In this document: one piece after another, positions 30,081-40,739 of the stretch
Layout of the letters: every line of letters begins with the position of its first letter
Numbering within the stretch: position 1 is the first letter of the stretch
Assembly (NCBI GenBank): GCA_965277285.1
Contig: OZ255721.1
Coordinates: 2,368,001-2,432,000, forward strand
DNA length: 64,000 bases
Direction: 5' to 3'
Source: Abditibacteriaceae bacterium
GTDB lineage: Bacteria; Armatimonadota; Abditibacteriia; Abditibacteriales; Abditibacteriaceae
Notes under the pieces: model-generated
Told to the model about the DNA's origin: nothing
The model's input: only the letters and a program-made list of their open reading frames with translations
Databases searched by the model: none
Position numbers and translations under genes: made by a program

Positions 30081-30168
30081 GTAGGGGCGCGCGGCGTGCG
30101 CCCTGTTGTTGCAATGTCCGCAACGTTTTAGAAGTGTTATGCAAAGGGCATGCGGCGTGCGCCCCTAC
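30081..30168. repeat. GTAG-family REP doublet (REPIN-like)
   Basis: GTAGGGGCGCGCGGCGTGCGCCCT ... AGGGCATGCGGCGTGCGCCCCTAC. Confidence 0.8.
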
Positions 30169-31574
30169 GAATTGTCGCTCGCGTTCATCGTCGCGCTCGC
30201 TCGCGCCAATTGTTCGCGCACTTGTTGCGGCGCCGTGCCGCCGTAACTCTGGCGCGCGGCCACGCTGTTTTCCACTTTGCACGCTTCCAAAACGCCGTCA
30301 TCGAAACGTTCATCCAACGCGCGCCATTCGTCCAAACTCAAATCCTCCAACTCGCGGTTGTTGGTTTCGCACCAGCGCACCACGCTGCCGACAATTTCGT
30401 GCGACTGGCGAAACGGAATATTTTTGCGCACCAGATAATCGGCCACATCAGTCGCGGTCGAAAAACCGCCGCCCGCTGCCGCGCGCATTTTCTGCGTGTT
30501 GAATTTCGCGGTTTCGATTACGCCGCGCGCGATTCGAGTACTCGAAAGCACGGTATCAAAGGCATCGAAAAGCGGTTCTTTGTCTTCCTGTAAATCGCGG
30601 TTATATGTCAACGGCAAGGCTTTAACGAGCGTGATGAGCGTCATCAAATCGCCGACGACGCGTGCGCTTTTGCCGCGCACCAGTTCCATCGAATCGGGGT
30701 TCTTCTTTTGCGGCATAATCGAACTTCCCGTCGAAAAACGGTCGTTGAGAGTGACAAAACCGAATTCCGGCGCGCTCCACATCACGATTTCTTCGGCCAA
30801 GCGCGACAAGTGCAACGCCAAAATCGACAGCGCCGAAACGCTTTCAATCAAGTGATCGCGGCTGGCCACTGTATCCATCGAGTTTTCTGAAACGCGTGCG
30901 AAGCCCAACTGATGCGCCACGAAATGGCGATCAATCGGGAACGGCGTTCCGGCCATCGCTGCGGCGCCCAAAGGCAACACATCGGCGCGCACAAAACATT
31001 CGCCCAAGCGTTCCCAGTCGCGTTGCAGCATTTGAAAATAGGCCAGCAAATGATGACTTAGAAGCACCGGTTGCGCGCGTTGCAAATGCGTATAGCCAGG
31101 CAGAATTGCTTCGTGTCCGACTTGCGCGAACTCATCGGCGCGATCAATTAAAACGTTTTGCAAGGCGCGCACTTCACTTTGCATTTGCCGCAACGCGTCC
31201 TTGAGATAAAGCCGCACATCGAGCGCGATTTGATCGTTGCGAGAGCGCGCCGTGTGCATTTTGCCCGCGACGGCGCCGATACGTTCGGTCAAATGGCGCT
31301 CGATAAACGAATGAATGTCTTCGTCCGGCGCGTCGGCGAAAGTCAAGGTGCCGCGTTCCAGGTCGCGCTGAATGTCGACCAATCCGGCTAAAATTGTGTC
31401 GCGTTCTTTAGGTTCGAGTACTCGAATGTGCCCGAGCATCAGGACGTGCGCGCGCGAACCCGCGATGTCGTAGCGCCACAAGCGCGCATCGAAGGGCAGA
31501 GAAGTCGAAAACTGCATCATCGCCGCATCGGGCGACGAATCGAAGCGACCGCTCCACAAGGCTTTGTTGTTCAT
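30165..31574 (-). CDS. argH: Argininosuccinate lyase
   Basis: LWSGRF, HTARSRNDQ, PGYTHLQRAQP, GSSIMPQKKNPD. Confidence 0.97.
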   Translation of the reverse strand: MNNKALWSGRFDSSPDAAMMQFSTSLPFDARLWRYDIAGSRAHVLMLGHIRVLEPKERDTILAGLVDIQRDLERGTLTFADAPDEDIHSFIERHLTERIGAVAGKMHTARSRNDQIALDVRLYLKDALRQMQSEVRALQNVLIDRADEFAQVGHEAILPGYTHLQRAQPVLLSHHLLAYFQMLQRDWERLGECFVRADVLPLGAAAMAGTPFPIDRHFVAHQLGFARVSENSMDTVASRDHLIESVSALSILALHLSRLAEEIVMWSAPEFGFVTLNDRFSTGSSIMPQKKNPDSMELVRGKSARVVGDLMTLITLVKALPLTYNRDLQEDKEPLFDAFDTVLSSTRIARGVIETAKFNTQKMRAAAGGGFSTATDVADYLVRKNIPFRQSHEIVGSVVRWCETNNRELEDLSLDEWRALDERFDDGVLEACKVENSVAARQSYGGTAPQQVREQLARASATMNASDNS

Positions 31575-31616
31575 AGGAATTAACGCGAGAGACGAGTAAG
31601 GCTTGATAACCGTAGC

Positions 31617-31644
31617 GTACGGGCGAGGCATGCCTCGCCCGTAC
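31617..31644. repeat. Perfect 28-bp REP-like palindrome
   Basis: GTACGGGCGAGGCATGCCTCGCCCGTAC. Confidence 0.85.
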
Positions 31645-31654
31645 AAATCATTTC

Positions 31655-33652
31655 TTACCCCTTTTCAATCGCAGCCTTGCGATCTTGCACGGCTTTCAAG
31701 CGCGCGTTGTCGAATTTGGGCTGGCGATCAAAAGTGAAAAGACCGTTTTCTTCGGGGAAAATATCGGTCAGTTGCGTGTAGCAGTAGCCGAACATTTCCG
31801 CGTGGTCGAGCAGAAACGTGCAAACCGCATCGAAGCGCACGTGAAAATCTTCCACGCTGACCGGTGACGAACCGTAGCCCCAACTGTCCTTGCGCTCCAT
31901 AGATTTCACGTTGCCATCGGCGTCCGCCACCATCGAAGCGTCGATGTGCGCTGATGGATTCCAGCGAAAGCCGCCGAACTCGGAAATAAAATACGGCTGG
32001 CCGCGATACGGCGTCGACATCTGCGAATAGTTGTGCGTGTTGATATAAACGCCGCCCTGACGCCATTCCTTGGCGGCCAAAGGTTCCTGGGGATCGTCCG
32101 TCAAAGCATGGCGCCGCTTGAACTTTTCCAGGCCTTTGACGAAGTTGTCATCCACAATGTAATCGTGCGAGTCGTAAACATCGGTTTCGAGTACTCGATG
32201 GCTGTAACCCGAAGTATCGAGCACCGGACGCGACGTGTCCATCGCTTTGGCGGCCAGGAAAATGGCGCGCGTGGCGTCATCCAGAATCGTGATTTTGTCG
32301 CCGATGGCTTGATGTGTTTCGTTCAGGCCGCACCAGCCGACAATCGAAGGATGCGAATAATCGCGCTCCAATTCTTCCAGCCATTGCGTCACATACGAAA
32401 CCGTCGGCGTCTGGTGATTGTGTTGCGGCCCGTAACCGCTGCAACCCCAATCGGGAAATTCGCCCCACACCAGATAACCCAACTTGTCGGCGTGATACAA
32501 AAAACGCTCTTCAAAGATTTTCTGATGCAATCGCGCGCCGTTGAAACCAACCGCCTGCGACAACAAAATATCGTTTTTCAAAGCCTCATCGCTGGGCGCC
32601 GTCATCACGCCGTCAGGATAATAACCTTGATCGAGCACCAAACGTTGAAACAAAGGTTCGCCGTTCAGCAAAACTTTTTTGCCTTCAATCGCCAGCGAAC
32701 GCAAGCCAGCGTAACTTTCCACGCGGTCGAGTACTCGATCTCCGTCCAGCAGTTCCAACGTGATGTCATACAAAAACGGATCGTCGGGCGACCACAAACG
32801 ACGCTTTTCGGCGGGCACTTTCAAATCAAGTTGCGGAGACAAATCCAAATCGGCGCGCACCGTTGTTTCATCGAGCGTTTCGCCATTCGCTTTCAAAGTG
32901 GCGCGCAAAGTCAGGCCGCGACGATTTTTAGTGAGAGGTTGCGCGATGCGAAAACAATTGTTCGCCAGGTCGGGCGTGATGCGGGCGCGCTTGAAGGAAA
33001 ACTCGTGAACTGGCTCCATCCACACGGTTTGCCAGATTCCGGTCGTGCGCGTGTAATGGCAGCCTTGCGAATAATATTTGTCCGATTGTTTACCTTTAGG
33101 CTGCGCGACGTTGTTGGTATCGCGGGCGCGCACCACCACGAAAACCGTTTCGCCCGGCTTGGCCACTTCGCGCAAATCGCAGACAAACGGCGTAAAGCCG
33201 CCGCGATGACGCACCACTTCGGTAATTTCAAAACCGTCTTGCACAACGGTGTGACCGACGACACTTTTCTGCACCGCTTCGCTTTGCTCTTCTTCTTTGG
33301 CGGCAATGACCAGCGCGCTTTCGGTAGCCGGACGCACGATCCACACCGTCGCATCATAATCGACGGCGCCGAAATGCAACAGCGCGTTGTGGCCTTCCCA
33401 TTCTGCTGGAATCGTGATTTCGCGGCGATACCAGACGGCGTGCATAAAATCTTTGTGGCCGATGCCCGACAAGTCGGATTCGGGGCAAAACGGAACCGTG
33501 ATCTTTTGTTGCAAATCACAAGTTTGCAGGCCGCGATCCAGGCCGCTGTCGCCCGCATCAATTTCAAACTGCCATTCACCATTAAGACAAAGCCAATCGT
33601 CGCGCCGAAATTGCGGACGCGGATACTCGGAACGCGGTAACGAAACACTCAT
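31655..33652 (-). CDS. Glycoside hydrolase family 2
   Basis: EYPRPQF, LHFGAVDY, GIWQTVW, LDQGYYPDG, NE acid/base, SEFGG nucleophile. Confidence 0.9.
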   Translation of the reverse strand: MSVSLPRSEYPRPQFRRDDWLCLNGEWQFEIDAGDSGLDRGLQTCDLQQKITVPFCPESDLSGIGHKDFMHAVWYRREITIPAEWEGHNALLHFGAVDYDATVWIVRPATESALVIAAKEEEQSEAVQKSVVGHTVVQDGFEITEVVRHRGGFTPFVCDLREVAKPGETVFVVVRARDTNNVAQPKGKQSDKYYSQGCHYTRTTGIWQTVWMEPVHEFSFKRARITPDLANNCFRIAQPLTKNRRGLTLRATLKANGETLDETTVRADLDLSPQLDLKVPAEKRRLWSPDDPFLYDITLELLDGDRVLDRVESYAGLRSLAIEGKKVLLNGEPLFQRLVLDQGYYPDGVMTAPSDEALKNDILLSQAVGFNGARLHQKIFEERFLYHADKLGYLVWGEFPDWGCSGYGPQHNHQTPTVSYVTQWLEELERDYSHPSIVGWCGLNETHQAIGDKITILDDATRAIFLAAKAMDTSRPVLDTSGYSHRVLETDVYDSHDYIVDDNFVKGLEKFKRRHALTDDPQEPLAAKEWRQGGVYINTHNYSQMSTPYRGQPYFISEFGGFRWNPSAHIDASMVADADGNVKSMERKDSWGYGSSPVSVEDFHVRFDAVCTFLLDHAEMFGYCYTQLTDIFPEENGLFTFDRQPKFDNARLKAVQDRKAAIEKG

Positions 33653-33911
33653 TAAATCGAACCCCTTGCAAAACAATCCTCCTCAATATAACGCGCCCGG
33701 CACGCGATGTCAGGAGCCTAAGCCGCTTTCGAGTACTCGATTTCATCATTCGACTTCAAAAGCTTTGAAAAATCACAGAAAATAATTTACCGCGAACACT
33801 TGGCGCGCTACGGCGTCGGAAAGCGCAACCACAACGATGCGACAGGCAAGCGCAAGGCACCTTTTTTGCGACTGCGGCCAGCATCACACGTATCACTCCA
33901 GGAGGAATATC

Positions 33912-34223
33912 ATGTTGAAGAATGTCAACAAAACCGTCGCGCTGACAACTTTGGGCGTCATCGCACTGACCGCTTTCGGCGGCTTGAACACACCGGCGCA
34001 GGCCAGCACCAGCGGTCGTCGCAACACCACCTACGGGCTGGGCGCCGTCACAGCTTACGGTTTGCTCCGTCATAACAAAGGTTTGGCAATCGCGGGCGCC
34101 GTCGGAACCGGCATCGCTTACAGCCGCTACCGCACATCGCTCAAGCACGAAAAAGGACGCCGCTCTTCGTGGTATCGCCGCCGCTACGGACGCAACTGGC
34201 GCGCTCATTACAACAACGGCTAA
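33912..34223 (+). CDS. Small secreted basic hypothetical protein
   Basis: AGGAGG RBS, signal peptide AQA-S, glycine-zipper-like segment. Confidence 0.7.
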   Translation: MLKNVNKTVALTTLGVIALTAFGGLNTPAQASTSGRRNTTYGLGAVTAYGLLRHNKGLAIAGAVGTGIAYSRYRTSLKHEKGRRSSWYRRRYGRNWRAHYNNG

Positions 34224-34242
34224 TTCCCGTTGATAAAAAACT

Positions 34243-34283
34243 AAAGACTCGCCGCTTCATTGGTTTGAAGCGGCGAGTCTTTT
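34243..34283. terminator. Rho-independent terminator
   Basis: AAAGACTCGCCGCTTCA-loop-TGAAGCGGCGAGTCTTT. Confidence 0.8.
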
Positions 34284-34302
34284 CGTTTGTGGAAGGTGTC
34301 AC

Positions 34303-34330
34303 GTAGGGGCGCATTACAATGCGCCCCTAC
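34303..34330. repeat. GTAG-family REP
   Basis: GTAGGGGCGCATT-AC-AATGCGCCCCTAC. Confidence 0.8.
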
Positions 34331-34350
34331 AATACTATCAAGTACTCGAT

Positions 34351-36129
34351 TTAGCGAATATACGCTTCGGTGACATACTGGCGCATCATGCGGTGCGTGT
34401 TGAAGTAACAGGCGTTTTTGCCAATCGCGCCTTTCATCACTTGAATCCAGCCGTGATGGTTGTCATCCGCGTAATACAACGGCAGCAGAACGTGTTCGAG
34501 TTTTTGGTACATATCCTCGATGTCGGCGCCTTGATCGTTTTCGACCAGGTTCGTTTCAATCGCAGCGGGGCCGATGCTCCATCCCGTCACGCCTTCGACC
34601 CAACCTTCGATCCACCAGCCGTCGAGCACCGAAAAGTTCGGCACGCCGTTGTGCGTCGCTTTCATGCCGCTTGTGCCGGAGGCTTCGCGCGGACGCATCG
34701 GCGTATTGAGCCAGGTATCGACGCCTGCGACAATTTTCAAGGCGAGCGCCATTTCGTAGTTCTGCAAATACACGACTTTGATTTGCCCCGACAAATTCTT
34801 GGCGCCGTTGAAGATGCTGTGAATCAAGTCTTTGCCGCCGCCATCTTTGGGATGCGCTTTTCCAGCATAAACAATTTGCAATTTGCCGCCGCCCATATTC
34901 GCCAAACGCTGCACATCGGCGAACAACAAATCGGCGCGCTTGTACGGCGTGGCGCGGCGCGCGAAACCGATTGTCAAAACGTCGGGCGACATATCAACGC
35001 CGGTGCGATTGCGGATTTCCTCGAACAGTTCAATTTTGGCGCCGCGATGGGTTTCCCAGATTTCCGCGTCGGGAATGTTGTCCACGCGCACGAACAATTC
35101 CGGCTCGTCGCGCCAGCCCGGAATGTATTTGTCATACAGTTTTTGCCACGAATGCTGCGTCCAGGTCGGCGAATGAACGCCGTTGGTGACGCTTTTGATG
35201 TCGTAACCAGGAAACATATTGCGCGATACTTCGCCGTGCTTTTTGGCGACGCCGTTATGAAAACCGCTGCAATTCAAGCCCAGCGTGCTCATGTTCAGTT
35301 CGCTTTCGCCGCCGATTTGCTTCAAAATGTCGAGAGGAAAGTAATCTCCGAGTACTCGATTGACGATGTCGTGCGAAAAGCGATCGTGACCGGCTTCGAC
35401 CGGCGTGTGCGTCGTAAAAATACACAGATCACGCACCGCGTCCACATCCCACACGAGTTTTTCGTCCCACACGCTTTCCACATCGCGCCTGCTGCGACGC
35501 AATAAATCGAGGGTCAAAAGCGCCGCGTGACCTTCGTTCATGTGATATTTGCGAATTGTGTAACCCAGTTCGCGCAGCATTTGCACGCCGCCCAAACCGA
35601 GCACGACTTCCTGTTTGAAACGATAAGTATCATCGCCGCCATACAAATGGTAGGTGATGCCACGATCCCAGGCGTCGTTTTCCGGCAGGTCGGTATCGAG
35701 AAAATAGACGGGTAAAACGCCGCCGGTCGAGCCTTTGATTTCGTACAACCACGGTTGAATCCACACGGTGCGGCCCTCGATGCGGACGCGCACACGATTG
35801 GGCAAAAGCGTCATGTGCTCGCTTGGATCCCAATCGACGGGATGTTCGCTTTGCCAGCCATCGCCCGAAATTTCCTGGCGAAAATAGCCCTTGCGATACA
35901 TCAACGAAACCGCGACCATCGGCAAATCCAGGTCAGCCGACGATTTCAAAGTATCGCCCGCCAAAACGCCCAGGCCGCCGCTATAAGTCGGAATGTCGGA
36001 TTGCAAACCGATTTCCATCGAGAAATAAGCGATGCGCGGGTCGCGTTCGTTTCCGTTATGGCTGTTGGACGAGCCTAAAATAGAGGCTGAAGTGTTGGCT
36101 TGCGAAGCAGTATGAGTTGACACGGACAA
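34351..36129 (-). CDS. glgP: Alpha-glucan phosphorylase
   Basis: YFSMEIGL, YSGGLGVLAGD, HMNEGH, TNGVH, EASGTSGMK. Confidence 0.95.
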   Translation of the reverse strand: MSVSTHTASQANTSASILGSSNSHNGNERDPRIAYFSMEIGLQSDIPTYSGGLGVLAGDTLKSSADLDLPMVAVSLMYRKGYFRQEISGDGWQSEHPVDWDPSEHMTLLPNRVRVRIEGRTVWIQPWLYEIKGSTGGVLPVYFLDTDLPENDAWDRGITYHLYGGDDTYRFKQEVVLGLGGVQMLRELGYTIRKYHMNEGHAALLTLDLLRRSRRDVESVWDEKLVWDVDAVRDLCIFTTHTPVEAGHDRFSHDIVNRVLGDYFPLDILKQIGGESELNMSTLGLNCSGFHNGVAKKHGEVSRNMFPGYDIKSVTNGVHSPTWTQHSWQKLYDKYIPGWRDEPELFVRVDNIPDAEIWETHRGAKIELFEEIRNRTGVDMSPDVLTIGFARRATPYKRADLLFADVQRLANMGGGKLQIVYAGKAHPKDGGGKDLIHSIFNGAKNLSGQIKVVYLQNYEMALALKIVAGVDTWLNTPMRPREASGTSGMKATHNGVPNFSVLDGWWIEGWVEGVTGWSIGPAAIETNLVENDQGADIEDMYQKLEHVLLPLYYADDNHHGWIQVMKGAIGKNACYFNTHRMMRQYVTEAYIR

Positions 36130-36262
36130 AATCGTTCTCCTTCAATTTCAAATAATAAGAGTATCAGATGTCGATTAACAATGCGTGAACGCAAAGCAAA
36201 TTGCGAGTACAGCCTAAGACAAAACTCACGAAGACTTCAACGCCGTCTTGAGCGCCACAAAC

Positions 36263-37594
36263 TTACAATGTTGTGCGGCCTGCTGACGCTTCGTCTGAAA
36301 CTGGCAGCGTGACGACAAAGCGCGCACCTTTCTCCAAGCCCTCGGAATGAACCGTCAAAGTTCCGCCATGAATTTCGACCAGCGATTTGCTGATGGCAAG
36401 TCCCAAACCCAGACCGCCGTGGCGCCGCGTAAACGAGCTATCGCCCTGGCGGAATAAATCGAAAACGTGCGGCAACAATTCGGGCGCAATCCCTGCCCCG
36501 TTGTCCTCGACTTCGACAATCGCCCATCGAGTACTCGAAATCAGTGACGGCGGCAAAGCCTGGTTTTCGCGCGAAGCGTTTTCCAATCGCGTGCGCAAAA
36601 CCACAAACGAACCCGGCGCAGAAAACTTGGCGGCGTTCGCCAACAAGTTCATCAGCACTTGTTGAATGCGCTCGCGGTCGAGCAATAAAAGTGGCAGGTC
36701 GGGCGCCAGGTCGCACTTGAGGCGCACGCCATATTCGCGCGCCTGATCTTCCACCGAATGCGCCGCGAACTGCGCCGTTTCGTTCAGGTCGCACAAACCT
36801 TTTTCCGTGCGCAATTTGCCCGAAACGATGCGCGTCGTATCCAACAAATCGCTGACCAGGCGTTTCAACAATTCGGCGTTGCGCTCGATGGACGTGACAG
36901 CTTGTTTCAAGACTTCTGGATTGCTGCTGCCGACTTGTTGCAGCAAACTCGCCCAGCCCAGAATCGGCGTCAAAGGCGTGCGCAATTCGTGGCTCAGAAT
37001 CGCCAGAAATTCGTCCTTGCTGCGATTCATTTCGCGCAGTTCGCGCGTCAGGCGGCGCTCGTCCGTCACGTCGTGCAGTGTCAGCACTGAACTTAACTGC
37101 TCGCCGTGTTCGTTGAGAATGGGCGCGGCACTTACCTGAATCACAAACTCCACTTCCGCAGAAACCGGCACGATAATGTCTTCGGCGCGAATCGTTTCGC
37201 CATATACAATCGCGCGCACCAAAGGCAATTTTTCGTGCGCGTATGGCTTGCGCTCCGCGTCCAACAATGTCCACGGTGGCGCAAATGTCGTCAAATTTCG
37301 GCCCACCAGCGAGGTTGCCATAATGCGCCGCGACGCCGCGTTTTCAAAAATCACGACGCCGCTGCGATCCACCATCAAAACGCCGTCCGCGATGTGCGAC
37401 AAGATTGTCTGCAGTTGCGAATGTTGCGAATAATGCAATGTGTGCGCGCTGAAATCGGCTTTGCCAGCCAAACTCGCACCACTTTGAGCGCTCGCAGTTA
37501 AATCCTTCGCGCTTAAATCCTTCGCGCTTGAGTTAGAGGACGCAACAATATCTTGAATATCGTCGCCCGCATTGTGGCTTTCAGGGTTTGGCAT
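36263..37594 (-). CDS. PAS-domain sensor histidine kinase
   Basis: LSHELRTPL, NLLANAAKF, DNGAGI, GGLGLGL. Confidence 0.93.
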   Translation of the reverse strand: MPNPESHNAGDDIQDIVASSNSSAKDLSAKDLTASAQSGASLAGKADFSAHTLHYSQHSQLQTILSHIADGVLMVDRSGVVIFENAASRRIMATSLVGRNLTTFAPPWTLLDAERKPYAHEKLPLVRAIVYGETIRAEDIIVPVSAEVEFVIQVSAAPILNEHGEQLSSVLTLHDVTDERRLTRELREMNRSKDEFLAILSHELRTPLTPILGWASLLQQVGSSNPEVLKQAVTSIERNAELLKRLVSDLLDTTRIVSGKLRTEKGLCDLNETAQFAAHSVEDQAREYGVRLKCDLAPDLPLLLLDRERIQQVLMNLLANAAKFSAPGSFVVLRTRLENASRENQALPPSLISSTRWAIVEVEDNGAGIAPELLPHVFDLFRQGDSSFTRRHGGLGLGLAISKSLVEIHGGTLTVHSEGLEKGARFVVTLPVSDEASAGRTTL

Positions 37595-37828
37595 AATGCT
37601 AATTGTAACTTATATTTGTGCCATAAATAAATTGTGTCAAGCCACCGAATTTGCAGTTGTGGCGTCGCGCACAATTTTCGCAACGCGTCATGTCCATGCT
37701 GGTGTGTCCATGCTAAAATAACTCGCGCTCCGAGCTAAAATCGCTCTTCGTTTCTTCCGCTTTGTTCGTTTCCGTCGCTCGCTCGGTATCGCTCGTGCGG
37801 TATCGAGTACTCGAAAAGGAGTTTCGCC

Positions 37829-39781
37829 ATGACCCAGGACGTTTCCCCCAACGCTTCGACCAACGCTTCCAGTGACACCAATTTGTCGTCGCTGCAAAAA
37901 GAAGGCGAAGTTTTTCAGCCTTCGTCGGCAACACTGGCGCGCACGCACACACCGGATTTCGACGCGTTATGCGCGCGCTCCATCGAAAACCCCGCCGCGT
38001 TTTGGGACGAACAAGCGAAAACTCTCGATTGGATTTCCCCGTGGAGCGAAACCTTGCAATGGACGGAATCGCCGCCCAGCGTGAAATGGTTCGTCGGCGC
38101 GCAGTGCAACATCACCTTGAATGCGTTAGATCGTCACGTTCAAAACGGCAAGCGCAACAAAGTCGCGTTTTTCTGGGTCGGCGAAGACGGCGATGCGGTC
38201 GCCAAAGAACGCGTTTTTACTTATGGACAATTGCTGCGACGCGTCAATCAATGCGCCAATGCCTTGAAAAAACTCGGCGTCAAAGAAGGCGATAAAGTCA
38301 CGTTGTATATGGCGCTGACGCCCGAACTGCCGATTGCGATGTTGGCCTGCGCGCGCATCGGCGCCATTCACACCGTTGTTTATGGCGGTTTTTCGGCTCC
38401 AGCGTTAAAAAGTCGCATCGAAGACAGCGAATCCAAAGTCGTGATTTGCACCGACATCGGTTATCGCAGAGGTCGTCGCATCGACCTCAAAGGCGCCGTT
38501 GATGAAGCGGTGCGCGGCCTGCTTCAAGTCGAAAAAGTGATGGTTTATCGTCGTGGACACACGCCTCTCGAACTCGATCCCGGCCGCGAAATTGATTTCG
38601 ACAAAACCCTCAATGCGGAAAGCGACGTATGTGAAGCGACGCCGCTCGATGCCGAGGCGCCGCTGTTTTTCCTTTTCACCAGCGGCACGACCGGCAAGCC
38701 CAAAGGCGTCGTTCACACGCACGGCGGCTACATGGTCGGCACCAGTTACACGCATCGCATTTGTTTCGATGTCCACGACGACGATATTTATTGGTGCACC
38801 GCGGATCCGGGCTGGATTACCGGCCACAGTTACGTGACTTATGGGCCTTTGATTAACGGCGCTACGGTTTTGCTGGTCGAAGGCGCGCTCGATTTTCCTG
38901 ACCCGGGACGTTGGTGGAGCGTGGTCGAAAAATACGGCGTCAACATCTTTTATAGTACGCCGACGGCGATTCGCGCCTTGATGCGTTTTGGAGAAGAATA
39001 TCCCGCGAAATATAATTTGTCTTCCCTTCGAGTACTCGGAAGCGTCGGCGAGCCGATCAATCCCGAAGCGTGGCTGTGGTTTCACAAGTACATCGGACAC
39101 GAAAAAACGCCGATTGTGGATACGTGGTGGCAAACCGAAACCGGTCAGTTTATGATTGCGACCGTTCCCAGTTACCCGACCAAGCCAGGTTCGCCAGGAA
39201 AAGCTTTGCCAGGAATCGAAGCCGCTGTTGTCGATAAAGAAGGACTGGAAGTCGAAGCCGGAAAAGGCGGATTTTTAGTTATCAAAAAACCGTGGCCGGC
39301 GATGATGCGCAGCATTTACAAAGACGACGAGCGCTACGAAAAATACTGGACTTTGATTCCGGGCTTTTACGCGGCGGGCGATGTGGCGACGCGCGACGAA
39401 GACGGTTATTTCCGCGTCATGGGGCGCGCCGACGACGTGATGAACGTGAGCGGTTACCGCATTGGCACGGCTGAAGTCGAAAGCGCTCTGGTCAGTTTCC
39501 CCAGCGTCGCCGAAGCCGCGGTGATTGGCAAGCCCGATTCGTTGAAAGGCGAAACGATCAAAGCGTTCGTGATTTTGCGCGAAGGCCAGGAACCGTCCGA
39601 AGCGTTGCTCAAAGCCTTGAAACTCCATGTGCGCGAAGAACTCAGCCCGATTGCGGTACCTTCGGAGATTGATTTCGTGCAAAGTCTGCCGAAAACGCGC
39701 AGCGGAAAAATTATGCGCCGCGTCTTGAAAGCGCAAGAACTGGGCGTCGCGCCCGGCGATATTTCAACGTTGGAAGATTAG
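37829..39781 (+). CDS. acs: Acetyl-CoA synthetase
   Basis: TSGTTGKPKG, GSVGEPINPEAW, DTWWQTETG, LPKTRSGKIMRR. Confidence 0.96.
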   Translation: MTQDVSPNASTNASSDTNLSSLQKEGEVFQPSSATLARTHTPDFDALCARSIENPAAFWDEQAKTLDWISPWSETLQWTESPPSVKWFVGAQCNITLNALDRHVQNGKRNKVAFFWVGEDGDAVAKERVFTYGQLLRRVNQCANALKKLGVKEGDKVTLYMALTPELPIAMLACARIGAIHTVVYGGFSAPALKSRIEDSESKVVICTDIGYRRGRRIDLKGAVDEAVRGLLQVEKVMVYRRGHTPLELDPGREIDFDKTLNAESDVCEATPLDAEAPLFFLFTSGTTGKPKGVVHTHGGYMVGTSYTHRICFDVHDDDIYWCTADPGWITGHSYVTYGPLINGATVLLVEGALDFPDPGRWWSVVEKYGVNIFYSTPTAIRALMRFGEEYPAKYNLSSLRVLGSVGEPINPEAWLWFHKYIGHEKTPIVDTWWQTETGQFMIATVPSYPTKPGSPGKALPGIEAAVVDKEGLEVEAGKGGFLVIKKPWPAMMRSIYKDDERYEKYWTLIPGFYAAGDVATRDEDGYFRVMGRADDVMNVSGYRIGTAEVESALVSFPSVAEAAVIGKPDSLKGETIKAFVILREGQEPSEALLKALKLHVREELSPIAVPSEIDFVQSLPKTRSGKIMRRVLKAQELGVAPGDISTLED

Positions 39782-39786
39782 TCTTC

Positions 39787-40731
39787 AACCGCAGAGGCGC
39801 GAAGACGCAGAGAAAGGGAGTTGTAGGGGCGTCAGCTTGCTGCGCCCGTGTTTCTGCAATCGAGTACTCGAAGTGAAGGAGAATGTTATTTCGCGCGATG
39901 TTTACATTGAAGCGAACGACGTTGGCGAATGGATGAACGTCAATTGCTTCGCGGCTTACGACGGCTTCACGCTTTTGGGCGATTATGTGCAAAAGTTTCA
40001 TTTGCGCGACTTGGACAAACTGCCGCTCGATGCTGCGACAATTGTGCATGGCAACATTGGAACCGTCTGCGCGGCGCTTCGACAAATCGGTATCGCGCCG
40101 CCCGCAATCCTCAATTTGCCGCATGAATTGGAGGCTTTTGCGGGACGTGCTGTGTGGGAAAGCACATTGGGCGAAATTCGCAAGTTGGAAAACCTTCCGG
40201 TTTTCATCAAGCCGATGCGCGAAGGAAAAAGCTTTACTGGACACGTTGTGTACAAGTTTCACGACTTGTTGGAAACATCGGCTTTCGATGACGATTACGC
40301 GGTTTGCGCACAGGGCGTTTTGTTTTTTCAAAGCGAGTGGCGCATTTTCATTTTGCGCGGCGAAGTGCTGGGAATCGGGCATTACAAAGGCGACCCTTTG
40401 CTGTTTCCTGATGCGAAACGAATCGCGGAAATCGTCGCGGCTTATCAAGATCCGCTTGTCGCGCACAGCGTTGATGTGGGCGTGGACGAAAACGGCGAAA
40501 CCTATCTCGTCGAACTGAACGACGCTTACGCGCTGGGACATTACGGCTTGCCAACTTACCGCTACGCCGCGATGATCAAAGCGCGCTGGGACGAGATGTG
40601 CCTTTCAGTTGCTCAAAGTCCAGCATAGAAAGCTGTCACAATATCGAGTACTCGAACACGGGCGCAGCAAGCAGACGCCCTTACGATTTATCGCTTGTTG
40701 TTTTTCTCTGCGCCTCCGCGACTTTGCGGTT
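39787..40731. repeat. Three nested inverted-repeat pairs enclosing one gene
   Basis: Outer 39787-39815/40703-40731; GTAG REP 39823-39852/40655-40684; iterated palindromes 39859-39872/40643-40656. Confidence 0.85.
39873..40628 (+). CDS. ATP-grasp domain protein (DUF4343/R2K-like); start uncertain
   Basis: PVFIKP..KSFTG, EWRIFI..GEVL, DVG...YLVELND motifs. Confidence 0.8.
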   Translation: MKENVISRDVYIEANDVGEWMNVNCFAAYDGFTLLGDYVQKFHLRDLDKLPLDAATIVHGNIGTVCAALRQIGIAPPAILNLPHELEAFAGRAVWESTLGEIRKLENLPVFIKPMREGKSFTGHVVYKFHDLLETSAFDDDYAVCAQGVLFFQSEWRIFILRGEVLGIGHYKGDPLLFPDAKRIAEIVAAYQDPLVAHSVDVGVDENGETYLVELNDAYALGHYGLPTYRYAAMIKARWDEMCLSVAQSPA

Positions 40732-40739
40732 TATTCCTT

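Noticed and set aside
32033..33640. 535-aa plus-strand ORF and similar long antisense ORFs (e.g. 50077-51528, 34393-35505, 14891-15787)
   Set aside because: Shadows of well-supported opposite-strand genes in GC-rich DNA, with no recognisable motifs
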